Assembly: GCF_035084215.1 (NCBI RefSeq)
Contig: NC_090333.1
Span: 83,638,001 to 83,672,552, forward strand
DNA length: 34,552 nt
From: Heptranchias perlo
Lineage: Eukaryota
Direction of reading: 5' to 3'
Part shown: positions 13,497 to 25,800 of the stretch, piece by piece
How the letters are laid out: each line of letters starts with the position of its first letter
Numbering within the stretch: the first letter of the stretch is position 1
The notes under the pieces: generated by a model
Database searches by the model: none
What the model was told of the DNA's origin: nothing
Seen by the model: only the letters and a program-made list of their open reading frames with translations
Position numbers and translations under genes: made by a program

Positions 13497-13745
13497 TTAC
13501 AACTGAGTGGCTTGCTGGGCCATTTCAGAGGGCAATTAAGTATCAACCACATTGCTGTGGGTCTGGAGTCACATCTCGGCCAGACCGGGGAAGGACGGCA
13601 GGTTTCCATTCAAAAAGGTCATGAGTGAACCAGATGGGTTTTTACGACAATCTGGTCGTTTCATGGTCATCATTACTGATACTAGCATTTTAATTCCAGA
13701 TTTTAATTTAATTAATTGAATTTAAATTCACCAGCTGCTGCAGCA

Positions 13746-13828
13746 GGATTTGAACTCATGATTCTTGGATTTTAGTCCAGGCCTCTGCATAACTAGTCCA
13801 GTAACATAACCACTATGCGACCGTACTC
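13746..13828 (-). promoter_or_regulatory. tRNA-derived head with RNA polymerase III type-2 internal promoter (A box and B box)
   Basis: Sense 5'-GAGTACGG-TCGCATAGTGG: A box at 13810-13820, one mismatch to TRGCNNARYGG, starting at nt 9 of the element, close to the tRNA position. Anticodon-arm relic CTGGA-CTAGTTA-TGCAG. B box GAGTTCAAATCC at 13746-13757. Confidence 0.8.
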
Positions 13829-16800
13829 TTATACTGGGTGTGAGTGTTTTATACTGGGGTGTGAGTGTTTTAAACTGGGGTGTGAGTGTTTTATCCTGGG
13901 GTGTGAGTGTTTTATCCTGGGGTGTGAGTGTTTTTTGCGAGGTGTGTGTGTTTTAAACTGGGGTGTGAGTGTTTTATACTGGGGTGTGTGTGTTTTATAC
14001 TGGGGTGTGAGTGTTTTATACGAGGTGTGACTGTTTTATACTGGGTGTGAGTGTTTTATACGAGATGTGAGTGGTTTATACGGGGTGTGAGTGTTTTATA
14101 CTGGGGTGTGAGTGTTTTATACTGGGTGTGAGTGTTTTATACGAGGTGTGAGTGTTTTATACTGGGGTGTGAGTGTTTTATACGAGGTGTGAGTGTTTTA
14201 TACTGGGGTGTGAGTGTTTTATACGGGGTGTGAGTGTTTTATGCTGGGGTGTGAGTGTTTTATACTGGGTGTGTGTGCATTACACTGGGTGTGAGTGTTT
14301 TATACTGGGGTGTGAGTGTTTTATCCGAGGTGTGACTGTTTTATCCGGGGTGTGAGCGTTTTTTGCTGGGTGTGAGTGTTTTATACGGGGTGTGAGTGTT
14401 TTATATGGGGTGTGAGTGTTTTATACTGGGGTGTGAGTGTTTTATACTGGGGTGTGAGTGTTTTATACTGGGTGTGAGTGTTTTATACTGGGTGTGAGTG
14501 TTTTACACTGGGGTGTGAGTGTTTTATACGGGGTGTGAGTGTTTTATACTGGGTGTGTGTGTTTTACACTGGGTGTGAGTGTTTTATACGGGGTGTGAGT
14601 GTTAAATACGGGGTGTGAGTGTTTTATACTGGGTGTGAGTGTTTTATACGAGGTGTGTGTGTTTTATACTGGGGTGTGAGTGTTTTATACTGGGGTGTGA
14701 GTGTTTTATACTGGGTGTCTGTGTTTTACACTGGGGTGTGAGCGTTTTATACTGGGTATGAGTGTTTTATACGAGGTGTGAGTGTTTTATACTGGGGTGT
14801 GTGTGTTTTATACTGGGGTGTGAGTGTTTTATATTGGGGTGTGTGTGTTTTATACTGGGGTGTGAGTGTTTTATACGGGGTGTGAGTGTTTTATACTGGG
14901 GTGTGAGTGTTTTATATTGGGGTGTGTGTGTTTTATACTGGGGTGTGAGTGTTTTATACGGGGTGTGAGTGTTTTATACTGGGTGTGAGTGTTTTATACT
15001 GGGGTGTGAGTGTTTCATAATGGGGTGTGAGTGTTTTATACTGGGTGTGAGTGTTTTACACTGGGGTGTGAGCGTTTTATACTGGGTGTGAGTGTTTTAT
15101 ACGAGGTGTGTGTGTTTTACACTGGGGTGTGAGCGTTTTATACGGGGTGTGAGTGTTAAATACGGGGTGTGAGTGTTTTATACTGGGTGTGAGTGTTTTA
15201 TACGGGGTGTGAGTGTTTTATACTGGGTGTGAGTGTTTTATACTGGGTGTGTGTGTTTTACACGGGGGTGTGAGTGTTTTATCCGGGGTGTGAGTGTTTT
15301 ATACGGGGTGTGAGTGTTTTATACGGGGTGTGAGTGTTTTATACTGGGGTGTGTGTGTTTTATACTGGGGTGTGTGTGTTTTATACTGGGGTGTGAGTGT
15401 TTTATACTGGGTGTGAGTGTTTTATACGGGGTGTGAGTGTTTTATACGAGGTGTGTGTGTTTTACACTGGGGTTTGAGTGTTTTATACTGGGTGTGAGTG
15501 TTTTATACTGGGGTGTGAGTGTTTTACACTGGGGTGTGAGTGTTTTATACTGGGTGTGAGTGTTTTATACGAGGTGTGTGTGTTTTACACTGGGGTGTGA
15601 GTGTTTTATACTGGGGTGTGAGTGTTTTATACTGGGTGTGAGTGTTTTATACGAGGTGTGTGTGTTTTATACGGGGTGTGAGTGTTTTATACGGGGTGTG
15701 AGTGTTTTATACGAGGTGTGTGTGTTTTATACGGGGTGTGAGTGTTTTATACTGGGTGTGAGTGTTTTATACGAGGTGTGTGTGTTTTATACGGGGTGTG
15801 AGTGTTTTATACGGGGTGTGAGTGTTTTATACGGGGTGTGAGTGTTTTATACTGGGGTGTGAGTGTTTTATACGGGGTGTGAGTGTTTTATACTGGGGTG
15901 TGAGTGTTTTATACTGGGTGTGTGTGTTTTACACTGGGTGTGAGTGTTTTATACGGGGTGTGAGTGTTTTATACTGGGTGTGAGTGTTTTATACTGGGGT
16001 GTGAGTGTTTTATACTGGGGTGTGTGTGTTTTATACTGGGTGTGAGTGTTTTATACGGGGTGTGAGTGTTTTATACTGGGTGTGAGTGTTTTATACTGGG
16101 GTGTGAGTGTTTTATACTGGGGTGTGTGTGTTTTACACTGGGTGTGAGTGTTTTATACGGGGTGTGAGTGTTTTATACTGGGTGTGAGTGTTTTATACTG
16201 GGGTGTGAGTGTTTTATACTGGGGTGTGTGTGTTTTATACTGGGTGTGAGTGTTTTATACGGGGTGTGAGTGTTTTATACTGGGTGTGAGTGTTTTATAC
16301 TGGGGTGTGAGTGTTTTATACTGGGGTGTGTGTGTTTTATACTGGGGTGTGTGTGTTTTATACGGGGTGTGAGCGTTTTATACTGGGTGTGAGTGTTTTC
16401 TACGAGGTGTGTGTGTTTTACACTGGGGTGTGAGCGTTTTATACGGGGTGTGAGTGTTAAATACGGGGTGTGAGTGTTTTATACTGGGTGTGAGTGTTTT
16501 ATACGGGGTGTGAGTGTTTTATACTGGGTGTGAGTGTTTTATACTGGGTGTGTGTGTTTTACACGGGGGTGTGAGTGTTTTATCCGGGGTGTGAGTGTTT
16601 TATCCGGGGTGTGAGTGTTTTATACTGGGGTGTGTGTGTTTTATACTGGGGTGTGAGTGTTTTATACTGGGGTGTGAGTGTTTTATACTGGGTGTGAGTG
16701 TTTTATACGGGGTGTGAGTGTTTTATACGAGGTGTGTGTGTTTTACACTGGGGTGTGAGTGTTTTATACTGGGTGTGAGTGTTTTATACGGGGTGTGAGT

Positions 16801-19800
16801 GTTTTATACTGGGTGTGAGTGTTTTATACTGGGTGTGAGTGTTTTATACGAGGTGTGTGTGTTTTACACTGGGGTGTGAGTGTTTTATACTGGGGTGTGA
16901 GTGTTTTATACTGGGTGTGAGTGTTTTATACGGGGTGTGAGTGTTTTATACGAGGTGTGTGTGTTTTATACGGGGTGTGAGTGTTTTATACTGGGTGTGA
17001 GTGTTTTATACGAGGTGTGTGTGTTTTATACGGGGTGTGAGTGTTTTATACGGGGTGTGAGTGTTTTATACGGGGTGTGAGTGTTTTATACTGGGGTGTG
17101 AGTGTTTTATACTGGGTGTGTGTGTTTTACACTGGGTGTGAGTGTTTTATACGGGGTGTGAGTGTTTTATACTGGGGTGTGAGTGTTTTATACGGGGTAT
17201 GAGTGTTTTCTACTGGGGTGTGTGTGTTTTATACTGGGTGTGAGTGTTTTATACTGGGGTGTGAGTGTTTTATACTGGGGTATGAGTGTTTTATACTGGG
17301 GTGTGAGTGTTTCATACGGGGTGTGAGTGTTTTATACGGGGTGTGAGTGTTTTATACTGGGGTGTGAGTGTTTTACACTGGGTGTGAGTGTTTTATACGA
17401 GGTGTGTGTGTTTTACACTGGGGTGTGAGCGTTTTATACGGGGTGTGAGTGTTTTATACTGGGGTGTGAGTGTTAAATACGGGGTGTGAGTGTTTTATCC
17501 GGGGTGTGAGCGTTTTATACTGGGTGTGAGTGTTTTATACGGGGTGTGAGTGTTTTATACGGGGTGTGAGTGTTTTATACGGGGTGTGAGTGTTTTATAC
17601 TGGGGTGTGAGTATTTTATACGGGGTGTGAGTGTTTTATACTGGGGTGTGAGTGATTTATACTGGGGTGTGAGTGTTTTATACTGGGGTGTGTGTGTTTT
17701 ATACTGGGGTGTGAGTGTTTTATACTGGGGTGTGAGTGTTTTATACTGGGGTGTGAGTGTTTTATACTGGGTGTGAGTGTTTTATACGAGGTGTGTGTGT
17801 TTTATACGGGGTGTGAGTGTTTTATACTGGTAGTGAGTGTTTTATACGAGGTGTGAGTGTTTTATACTGGGTGTGAGTGTTTTATACTGGGTGTGAGTGT
17901 TTTATACTGGGGTGTGAGTGTTTTATACGGGGTGTGAGTGTTTTATACTGGGTGTGAGTGTTTTATACTGGGTGTGAGTGTTTTATACTGGGGTGTGAGT
18001 GTTTTATACGGGGTGTGAGTGTTTTATACTGGGTGTGAGTGTTTTATACTGGGTGTGAGTGTTTTATACTGGGGTGTGTGTGTATTATACGGGGTGTGTG
18101 TGTTTTATACGGGGTGTGAGTGTTTTATACGGGGTGTGAGTGTTTTATACGGGGTGTGAGTGTTTTATACGGGGTGTGAGTGTTTTATACTGGGGTGTGA
18201 GTGTTTTATACTGGGTGTGAGTGATTTATAGGGGTGTGTGTGTTTTATACTGGGGTGTGAGTGTTTTATACTGGGTGTGAGTGTTTTCTACTGGGGTGTG
18301 AGTGTTTTATACTGGGTGTGAGTGTTTTATAGGGGTGTGTGTGTTTTATACTGGGGTGTGAGTGTTTTATACTGGGTGTGAGTGTTTTCTACTGGGGTGT
18401 GTGTGTTTTATACTGGGTGTGAGTGTTTTATAATGGGTGTGAGTGTTTTATACTGGGGTATGAGTGTTTTATACTGGGGTGTGAGTGTTTCATACGGGGT
18501 GTGAGTGTTTCATACGGGGTGTGAGTGTTTCATACTGGGGTGTGAGTGTTTTATACGGGGTGTGAGTGTTTTATACGGGGTGTGAGTGTTTTATGCTGGG
18601 GTGTGAGTGTTTTATACGGGGTGTGAGTGTTTTATACTGGGGTGTGAGTGTTTTATACGGGGTGTGAGTGTTTTATACTGGGGTGTGAGTGTTTTATACT
18701 GGGGTGTGAGTGTTTTATACGGGGTGTGAGTGTTTTATACGGGGTGTGAGTGTTTTATACTGGGGTGTGAGTGTTTTATACTGGGGTGTGAGTGTTTTAT
18801 ACGGGGTGTGAGTGTTTTATACGGGGTGTGAGTGTTTTATACTGGGGTGTGAGTGTTTTATACTGGGTGTGAGTGTTTTATACGAGGTGTGTGTGTTTTA
18901 TACGGGGTGTGAGTGTTTTATACGGGGTGTGAGTGTTTTATATGGGGTGTGAGTGTTTTATACTGGGGTGTGAGTGTTTTATACGGGGTGTGAGTGTTTT
19001 ATACTGGGGTGTGAGTGTTTTATACGGTGTGTGAGTGTTTTATAGTGGGTGTGAGTGTTTTATACGGGGTGTGAGTGTTTTATACGGGGTGTGAGTGTTT
19101 TATACTGGGGTGTGAGTGTTTTATACTGGGTGTGTGTGTTTTACACTGGGTGTGAGTGTTTTATACGGGGTGTGAGTGTTTTATACGGGGTGTGAGTGTT
19201 TTATACGGGGTGTGAGTGTTTTATACGGGGTGTGAGTGTTTTATACGAGGTGTGAGTGTTTTATACGGGGTGTGAGTGTTTTATACTGGGTGTGTATGTT
19301 TTACACTGGGTGTGAGTGTTTTATACGGGGTGTGAGTGTTTTATACGGGGTGTGAGTGTTTTATACTGGGTGTGAGTGTTTTATACGAGGTGTGTGTGTT
19401 TTACACTGGGTGTGAGTGTTTTATACGGGGTGTGAGTGTTTTATACTGGGTGTGTATGTTTTACACTGGGTGTGAGTGTTTTATACGGGGTGTGAGTGTT
19501 TTATACTGGGTGTGAGTGTTTTATACTGGGGTGTGAGTGTTTTATCCGGGGTGTGAGCGTTTTTTGCTGGGTGTGAGTGTTTTATACGGGGTGTGAGTGT
19601 TTTATACTGGGGTGTGAGTGTTTTATACTGGGTGTGAGTGTTTTATACTGGGTGTGAGTGTTTTATACGAGGTGTGTGTGTTTTACACTGGGGTGTGAGT
19701 GTTTTATACTGGGGTGTGAGTGTTTTATACTGGGTGTGAGTGTTTTATACGAGGTGTGTGTGTTTTATACGGGGTGTGAGTGTTTTATACGGGGTGTGAG

Positions 19801-22800
19801 TGTTTTATACTGGGGTGTGAGTGTTTTATACGGGGTGTGAGTGTTTTATACTGGGGTGTGAGTGTTTTATACTGGGTGTGTGTGTTTTACACTGGGTGTG
19901 AGTGTTTTATACGGGGTGTGAGTGTTTTATACGGGGTGTGAGTGTTTTATCCTGGGTGTGTGTGTTTTACACTGGGGTGTGAGTGTTTTATACTGGGGTG
20001 TGAGTGTTTTATACTGGGTGTGAGTGTTTTATACGGGGTGTGAGTGTTTTATACGAGGTGTGTGTGTTTTATACGGGGTGTGAGTGTTTTATACTGGGTG
20101 TGAGTGTTTTATACTGGGTGTGAGTGTTTTATACGAGGTGTGTGTGTTTTATACGGGGTGTGAGTGTTTTATACGGGGTGTGAGTGTTTTATACGGGGTG
20201 TGAGTGTTTTATACTGGGGTGTGAGTGTTTTATACTGGGTGTGTGTGTTTTACACTGGGTGTGAGTGTTTTATACGGGGTGTGAGTGTTTTATACTGGGG
20301 TGTGAGTGTTTTATATGGGGTATGAGTGTTTTCTACTGGGGTGTGTGTGTTTTATACTGGGTGTGAGTGTTTTATACTGGGGTGTGAGTGTTTTATACTG
20401 GGGTATGAGTGTTTTATACTGGGGTGTGAGTGTTTCATACGGGGTGTGAGTGTTTTATACGGGGTGTGAGTGTTTTATACTGGGGTGTGAGTGTTTTACA
20501 CTGGGTGTGAGTGTTTTATACGAGGTGTGTGTGTTTTACACTGGGGTGTGAGCGTTTTATACGGGGTGTGAGTGTTTTATACTGGGGTGTGAGTGTTAAA
20601 TACGGGGTGTGAGTGTTTTATCCGGGGTGTGAGCGTTTTATACTGGGTGTGAGTGTTTTATACGGGGTGTGAGTGTTTTATACGGGGTGTGAGTGTTTTA
20701 TACGGGGTGTGAGTGTTTTATACTGGGGTGTGAGTATTTTATACGGGGTGTGAGTGTTTTATACTGGGGTGTGAGTGATTTATACTGGGGTGTGAGTGTT
20801 TTATACTGGGGTGTGTGTGTTTTATACTGGGGTGTGAGTGTTTTATACTGGGGTGTGAGTGTTTTATACTGGGGTGTGAGTGTTTTATACTGGGTGTGAG
20901 TGTTTTATACGAGGTGTGTGTGTTTTATACGGGGTGTGAGTGTTTTATACTGGTAGTGAGTGTTTTATACGGGGTGTGAGTGTTTTATACGGGGTGTGAG
21001 TGTTTTATACGGGGTGTGAGTGTTTTATACTGGGTGTGAGTGTTTTATACTGGGTGTGAGTGTTTTATACTGGGGTGTGTGTGTATTATACGGGGTGTGT
21101 GTGTTTTATACGGGGTGTGAGTGTTTTATACGGGGTGTGAGTGTTTTATACGGGGTGTGAGTGTTTTATACGGGGTGTGAGTGTTTTATACTGGGGTGTG
21201 AGTGTTTTATACTGGGTGTGAGTGATTTATAGGGGTGTGTGTGTTTTATACTGGGGTGTGAGTGTTTTATACTGGGTGTGAGTGTTTTCTACTGGGGTGT
21301 GAGTGTTTTATACTGGGTGTGAGTGTTTTATAGGGGTGTGTGTGTTTTATACTGGGGTGTGAGTGTTTTATACTGGGTGTGAGTGTTTTCTACTGGGGTG
21401 TGTGTGTTTTATACTGGGTGTGAGTGTTTTATAATGGGTGTGAGTGTTTTATACTGGGGTATGAGTGTTTTATACTGGGGTGTGAGTGTTTCATACGGGG
21501 TGTGAGTGTTTTATACTGGGGTGTGAGTGTTTTATACTCGGGTGTGAGTGTTTTATACTCGGGTGTGAGTGTTTTATACGGGGTGTGAGTGTTTTATACG
21601 GGGTGTGAGTGTTTTATACTGGGGTGTGAGTGTTTTATACTGGGGTGTGAGTGTTTTATACGGGGTGTGAGTGTTTTATACGGGGTGTGAGTGTTTTATA
21701 CGGGGTGTGAGTGTTTTATACTGGGGTGTGAGTGTTTTATACTGGGGTGTGAGTGTTTTATACGGGGTGTGAGTGTTTTATACGGGGTGTGAGTGTTTTA
21801 TACTGGGGTGTGAGTGTTTTATACTGGGTGTGAGTGTTTTATACGAGGTGTGTGTGTTTTATACGGGGTGTGAGTGTTTTATACGGGGTGTGAGTGTTTT
21901 ATATGGGGTGTGAGTGTTTTATACTGGGGTGTGAGTGTTTTATACGGGGTGTGAGTGTTTTATACTGGGGTGTGAGTGTTTTATACGGTGTGTGAGTGTT
22001 TTATAGTGGGTGTGAGTGTTTTATACGGGGTGTGAGTGTTTTATACGGGGTGTGAGTGTTTTATACTGGGGTGTGAGTGTTTTATACTGGGTGTGTGTGT
22101 TTTACACTGGGTGTGAGTGTTTTATACGGGGTGTGAGTGTTTTATACGGGGTGTGAGTGTTTTATACGGGGTGTGAGTGTTTTATACGGGGTGTGAGTGT
22201 TTTATACGAGGTGTGAGTGTTTTATACGGGGTGTGAGTGTTTTATACTGGGTGTGTATGTTTTACACTGGGTGTGAGTGTTTTATACGGGGTGTGAGTGT
22301 TTTATACTGGGTGTGAGTGTTTTATACGAGGTGTGTGTGTTTTACACTGGGTGTGAGTGTTTTATACGGGGTGTGAGTGTTTTATACTGGGTGTGTATGT
22401 TTTACACTGGGTGTGAGTGTTTTATACGGGGTGTGAGTGTTTTATACTGGGTGTGAGTGTTTTATACTGGGGTGTGAGTGTTTTATCCGGGGTGTGAGCG
22501 TTTTTTGCTGGGTGTGAGTGTTTTATACGGGGTGTGAGTGTTTTATACTGGGGTGTGAGTGTTTTATACTGGGGTGTGAGTGTTTTATACTGGGTGTGAG
22601 TGTTTTATACTGGGTGTGAGTGTTTTATACGAGGTGTGTGTGTTTTATGCGGGGTGTGAGTGTTTTATACTGGGTGTGAGTGTTTTATACTGGGTGTGAG
22701 TGTTTTATACTGGGTGTGAGTGTTTTATACGAGGTGTGTGTGTTTTATACGGGGTGTGAGTGTTTTATACGGTGTGTGAGTGTTTTATAGTGGGTGTGAG

Positions 22801-25800
22801 TGTTTTATACGAGGTGTGTGTGTTTTACACTGGGTGTGAGTGTTTTATACGGGGTGTGAGTGTTTTCTTCTGGGGTGTGAGTGTTTTATACGGGGTGTGA
22901 GTGTTTTCTACTGGGGTGTATGTGTTTTATACTGAGTGTGAGTGTTTTATACTGGGTGTGAGTGTTTTATACTGGGGTATGAGTGTTTTATACTGGGGTG
23001 TGAGTGTTTCATACGGGGTGTGAGTGTTTTATACTGGGTGTGAGTGTTTTATACTGGGGTGTGAGTGTTTTATACGGGGTGTCAGTGTTTTATACTGGGG
23101 TGTGAGTGTTTTATACTGGGGTGTGAGTGTTTTATACGGGGTGTGAGTGTTTTACACGGGGTGTGAGTGTTTTATACTGGGTGTGAGTGTTTTATACGAG
23201 GTGTGTGTGTTTTATACGGGGTGTGAGTGTTTTATCCGGTGTGTGAGTGTTTTATACTGGGTGTGAGTGTTTTATACGAGGTGTGTGTGTTTTACACTGG
23301 GTGTGAGTGTTTTATACGGGGTGTGAGTGTTTTCTTCTAGGGTGTGAGTGTTTTATACGGGGTGTGAGTGTTTTCTACTGGGGTGTATGTGTTTTATACT
23401 GGGTGTGAGTGTTTTATACTGGGTGTGAGTGTTTTATACTGGGGTATGAGTGTTTTATACTGGGGTATGAGTGTTTTATACGGGGTGTGAGTGTTTTATA
23501 CGAGGTGTGTGTGTTTTACACTGGGTGTGAGTGTTTTATACGGGGTGTGAGTGTTTTCTTCTGGGGTGTGAGTGTTTTATACGGGGTGTGAGTGTTTTCT
23601 ACTGGGATGTATGTGTTTTATACTGGGTGTGAGTGTTTTATACTGGGTGTGAGTGTTTTATACTGGGGTGTGAGTGTTTCATACGGGGTGTGAGTGTTTT
23701 ATACTGGGGTGTGAGTGTTTCATACGGGGTGTGAGTGTTTTATACGGGGTATGAGTGTTTTATACTGGGGTGTGAGTGTTTTATACTGGGTGTGAGTGTT
23801 TTATACTGGGGTGTGAGTGTTTTATACGGGGTGTGTGTGTTTTATACTGGGTGTGAGTGTTTTATACGGGGTGTGTATGTTTTATACTGGGGTGTGAGTG
23901 TTTTATACGGGGTGTGAGTGTTTTATACGGGGTGTGAGTGTTTTATACGGGGTGTGTGTGTTTTATACTGGGTGTGAGTGTTTTATACGGGGTGTGTGTG
24001 TTTTATACTGGGTGTGAGTGTTTTATACGGGGTGTGTATGTTTTATACTGGGGTGTGAGTGTTTTATACGGGGTGTGAGTGTTTTATACAGGGTGTGAGT
24101 GTTTTATACTGGGGTGTGAGTGTTTTATACGGGGTGTGAGTGTTTTATACGGGGTGTGTGTGTTTTATACTGGGTGTGAGTGTTTTATACGGGGTGTGTA
24201 TGTTTTATACTGGGGTGTGAGTGTTTTATACGGGGTGTGAGTGTTTTATACGGGGTGTGAGTGTTTTATACTGGGGTGTGAGTGTTTTATACTGGGGTGT
24301 GAGTGTTTTATACTGGGGTGTGAGTGTTTTATACGGGGTGTGTGTGTTTTATACGGGGTGTGAGTGTTTTATACGGGGTGTGAGTGTTTTATACTGGGTG
24401 TGAGTGTTTTATACGGGGTGTGTATGTTTTATACTGGGGTGTGAGTGTTTTATACGGGGTGTGAGTGTTTTATACGGGGTGTGAGTGTTTTATACTGGGG
24501 TGTGAGTGTTTTATACTGGGGTGTGAGTATTTTATACTGGGGTGTGAGTGTTTTATACGGGGTGTGAGTGTTTTATACGGGGTGTGAGTGTTTTATACGG
24601 GGTGTGAGTGTTTTATACGGGGTGTGAGTGTTTTATACGGGGTGTGAGTGTTTTATACGGGGTGTGAGTGTTTTATACGGGGTGTGAGTGTTTTATATGG
24701 GGTGTGAGTGTTTTATACGGGGTGTGAGTGTTTTATACGGGGTGTGAGTGTTTTATACGGGGTGTGAGTGTTTTATACGGGGTGTGAGTGTTTTATACGG
24801 GGTGTGAGTGTTTTATACGGGGTGTGAGTGTTTTATACGGGGTGTGAGTGTTTTATATGGGGTGTGAGTGTTTTATACGGGGTGTGAGTGTTTTATACGG
24901 GGTGTCAGTGTTTTATACTGGGGTGTGAGTGTTTTATACTGGGGTGTGTGTGTTTTATACTGGGTGTGAGTGTTTTATACTGGGGTGTGAGTGTTTTATA
25001 CGGGGTGTGAGTGTTTTATACGGGGTGTGTATGTTTTATACTGGGGTGTGAGTGTTTTATACGGGGTGTGAGTGTTTTATACTGGGGTGTGAGTGTTTTA
25101 TACTGGGGTGTGAGTGTTTTATACGGGGTGTGAGTGTTTTATACGGGGTGTGAGTGTTTTATACGGGGTGTGAGTGTTTTATACTGGGTGTGAGTGTTTT
25201 ATACGGGGTGTGTATGTTTTATACTGGGGTGTGAGTGTTTTATACGGGGTGTGAGTGTTTTATACGGGGTGTGAGTGTTTTATACTGGGGTGTGAGTATT
25301 TTATACTGGGGTGTGAGTGTTTTATACGGGGTGTGAGTGTTTTATACGGGGTGTGAGTGTTTTATACGGGGTGTGAGTGTTTTATACGGGGTGTGAGTAT
25401 TTTATACTGGGGTGTGAGTGTTTTATACGGGGTGTGAGTATTTTATACTGGGGTGTGAGTGTTTTATACTGGGGTGTGAGTGTTTTATACGGGGTGTGAG
25501 TGTTTTATACGGGGTGTGAGTGTTTTATACGGGGTGTGAGTGTTTTATACTGGGGTGTGAGTGTTTTATACGGGGTGTGAGTGTTTTATACGGGGTGTGA
25601 GTGTTTTATACGGGGTGTGAGTGTTTTATACGGGGTGTGAGTATTTTATACTGGGGTGTGAGTGTTTTATACGGGGTGTGAGTATTTTATACTGGGGTGT
25701 GAGTGTTTTATACTGGGGTGTGAGTGTTTTATACGGGGTGTGAGTGTTTTATACGGGGTGTGAGTGTTTTATACGGGGTGTGAGTGTTTTATACTGGGGT

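Larger units (their letters stand above)
10555..13828 (-). mobile_element. Apparently full-length non-LTR retrotransposon (APE endonuclease + RT, CR1/L2/Jockey group), ~3.27 kb, with tRNA-derived 5' head and A9 tail; inactivated by frameshifts
   Basis: EN motifs LLTNIWGL, ILTES, RGGG, VGDFN, PTR..LDLVL, SDH; RT motifs YRPISLL, QFGFR, LDIKAAFDRVWH, GVPQGSVLGP, FADD. T9 at 10555-10563 is the poly(A) tail. Sharp boundaries with the satellite on both sides. Confidence 0.95.

Noticed and set aside
13746-13828. Functional tRNA gene
   Set aside because: A-to-B box spacing is extended, there is no convincing acceptor stem, the anticodon arm is mismatched, and it is contiguous with a retroelement.
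13815-24403. Short ORFs in the 20-bp array
   Set aside because: Chance read-through of 20/21-bp units.
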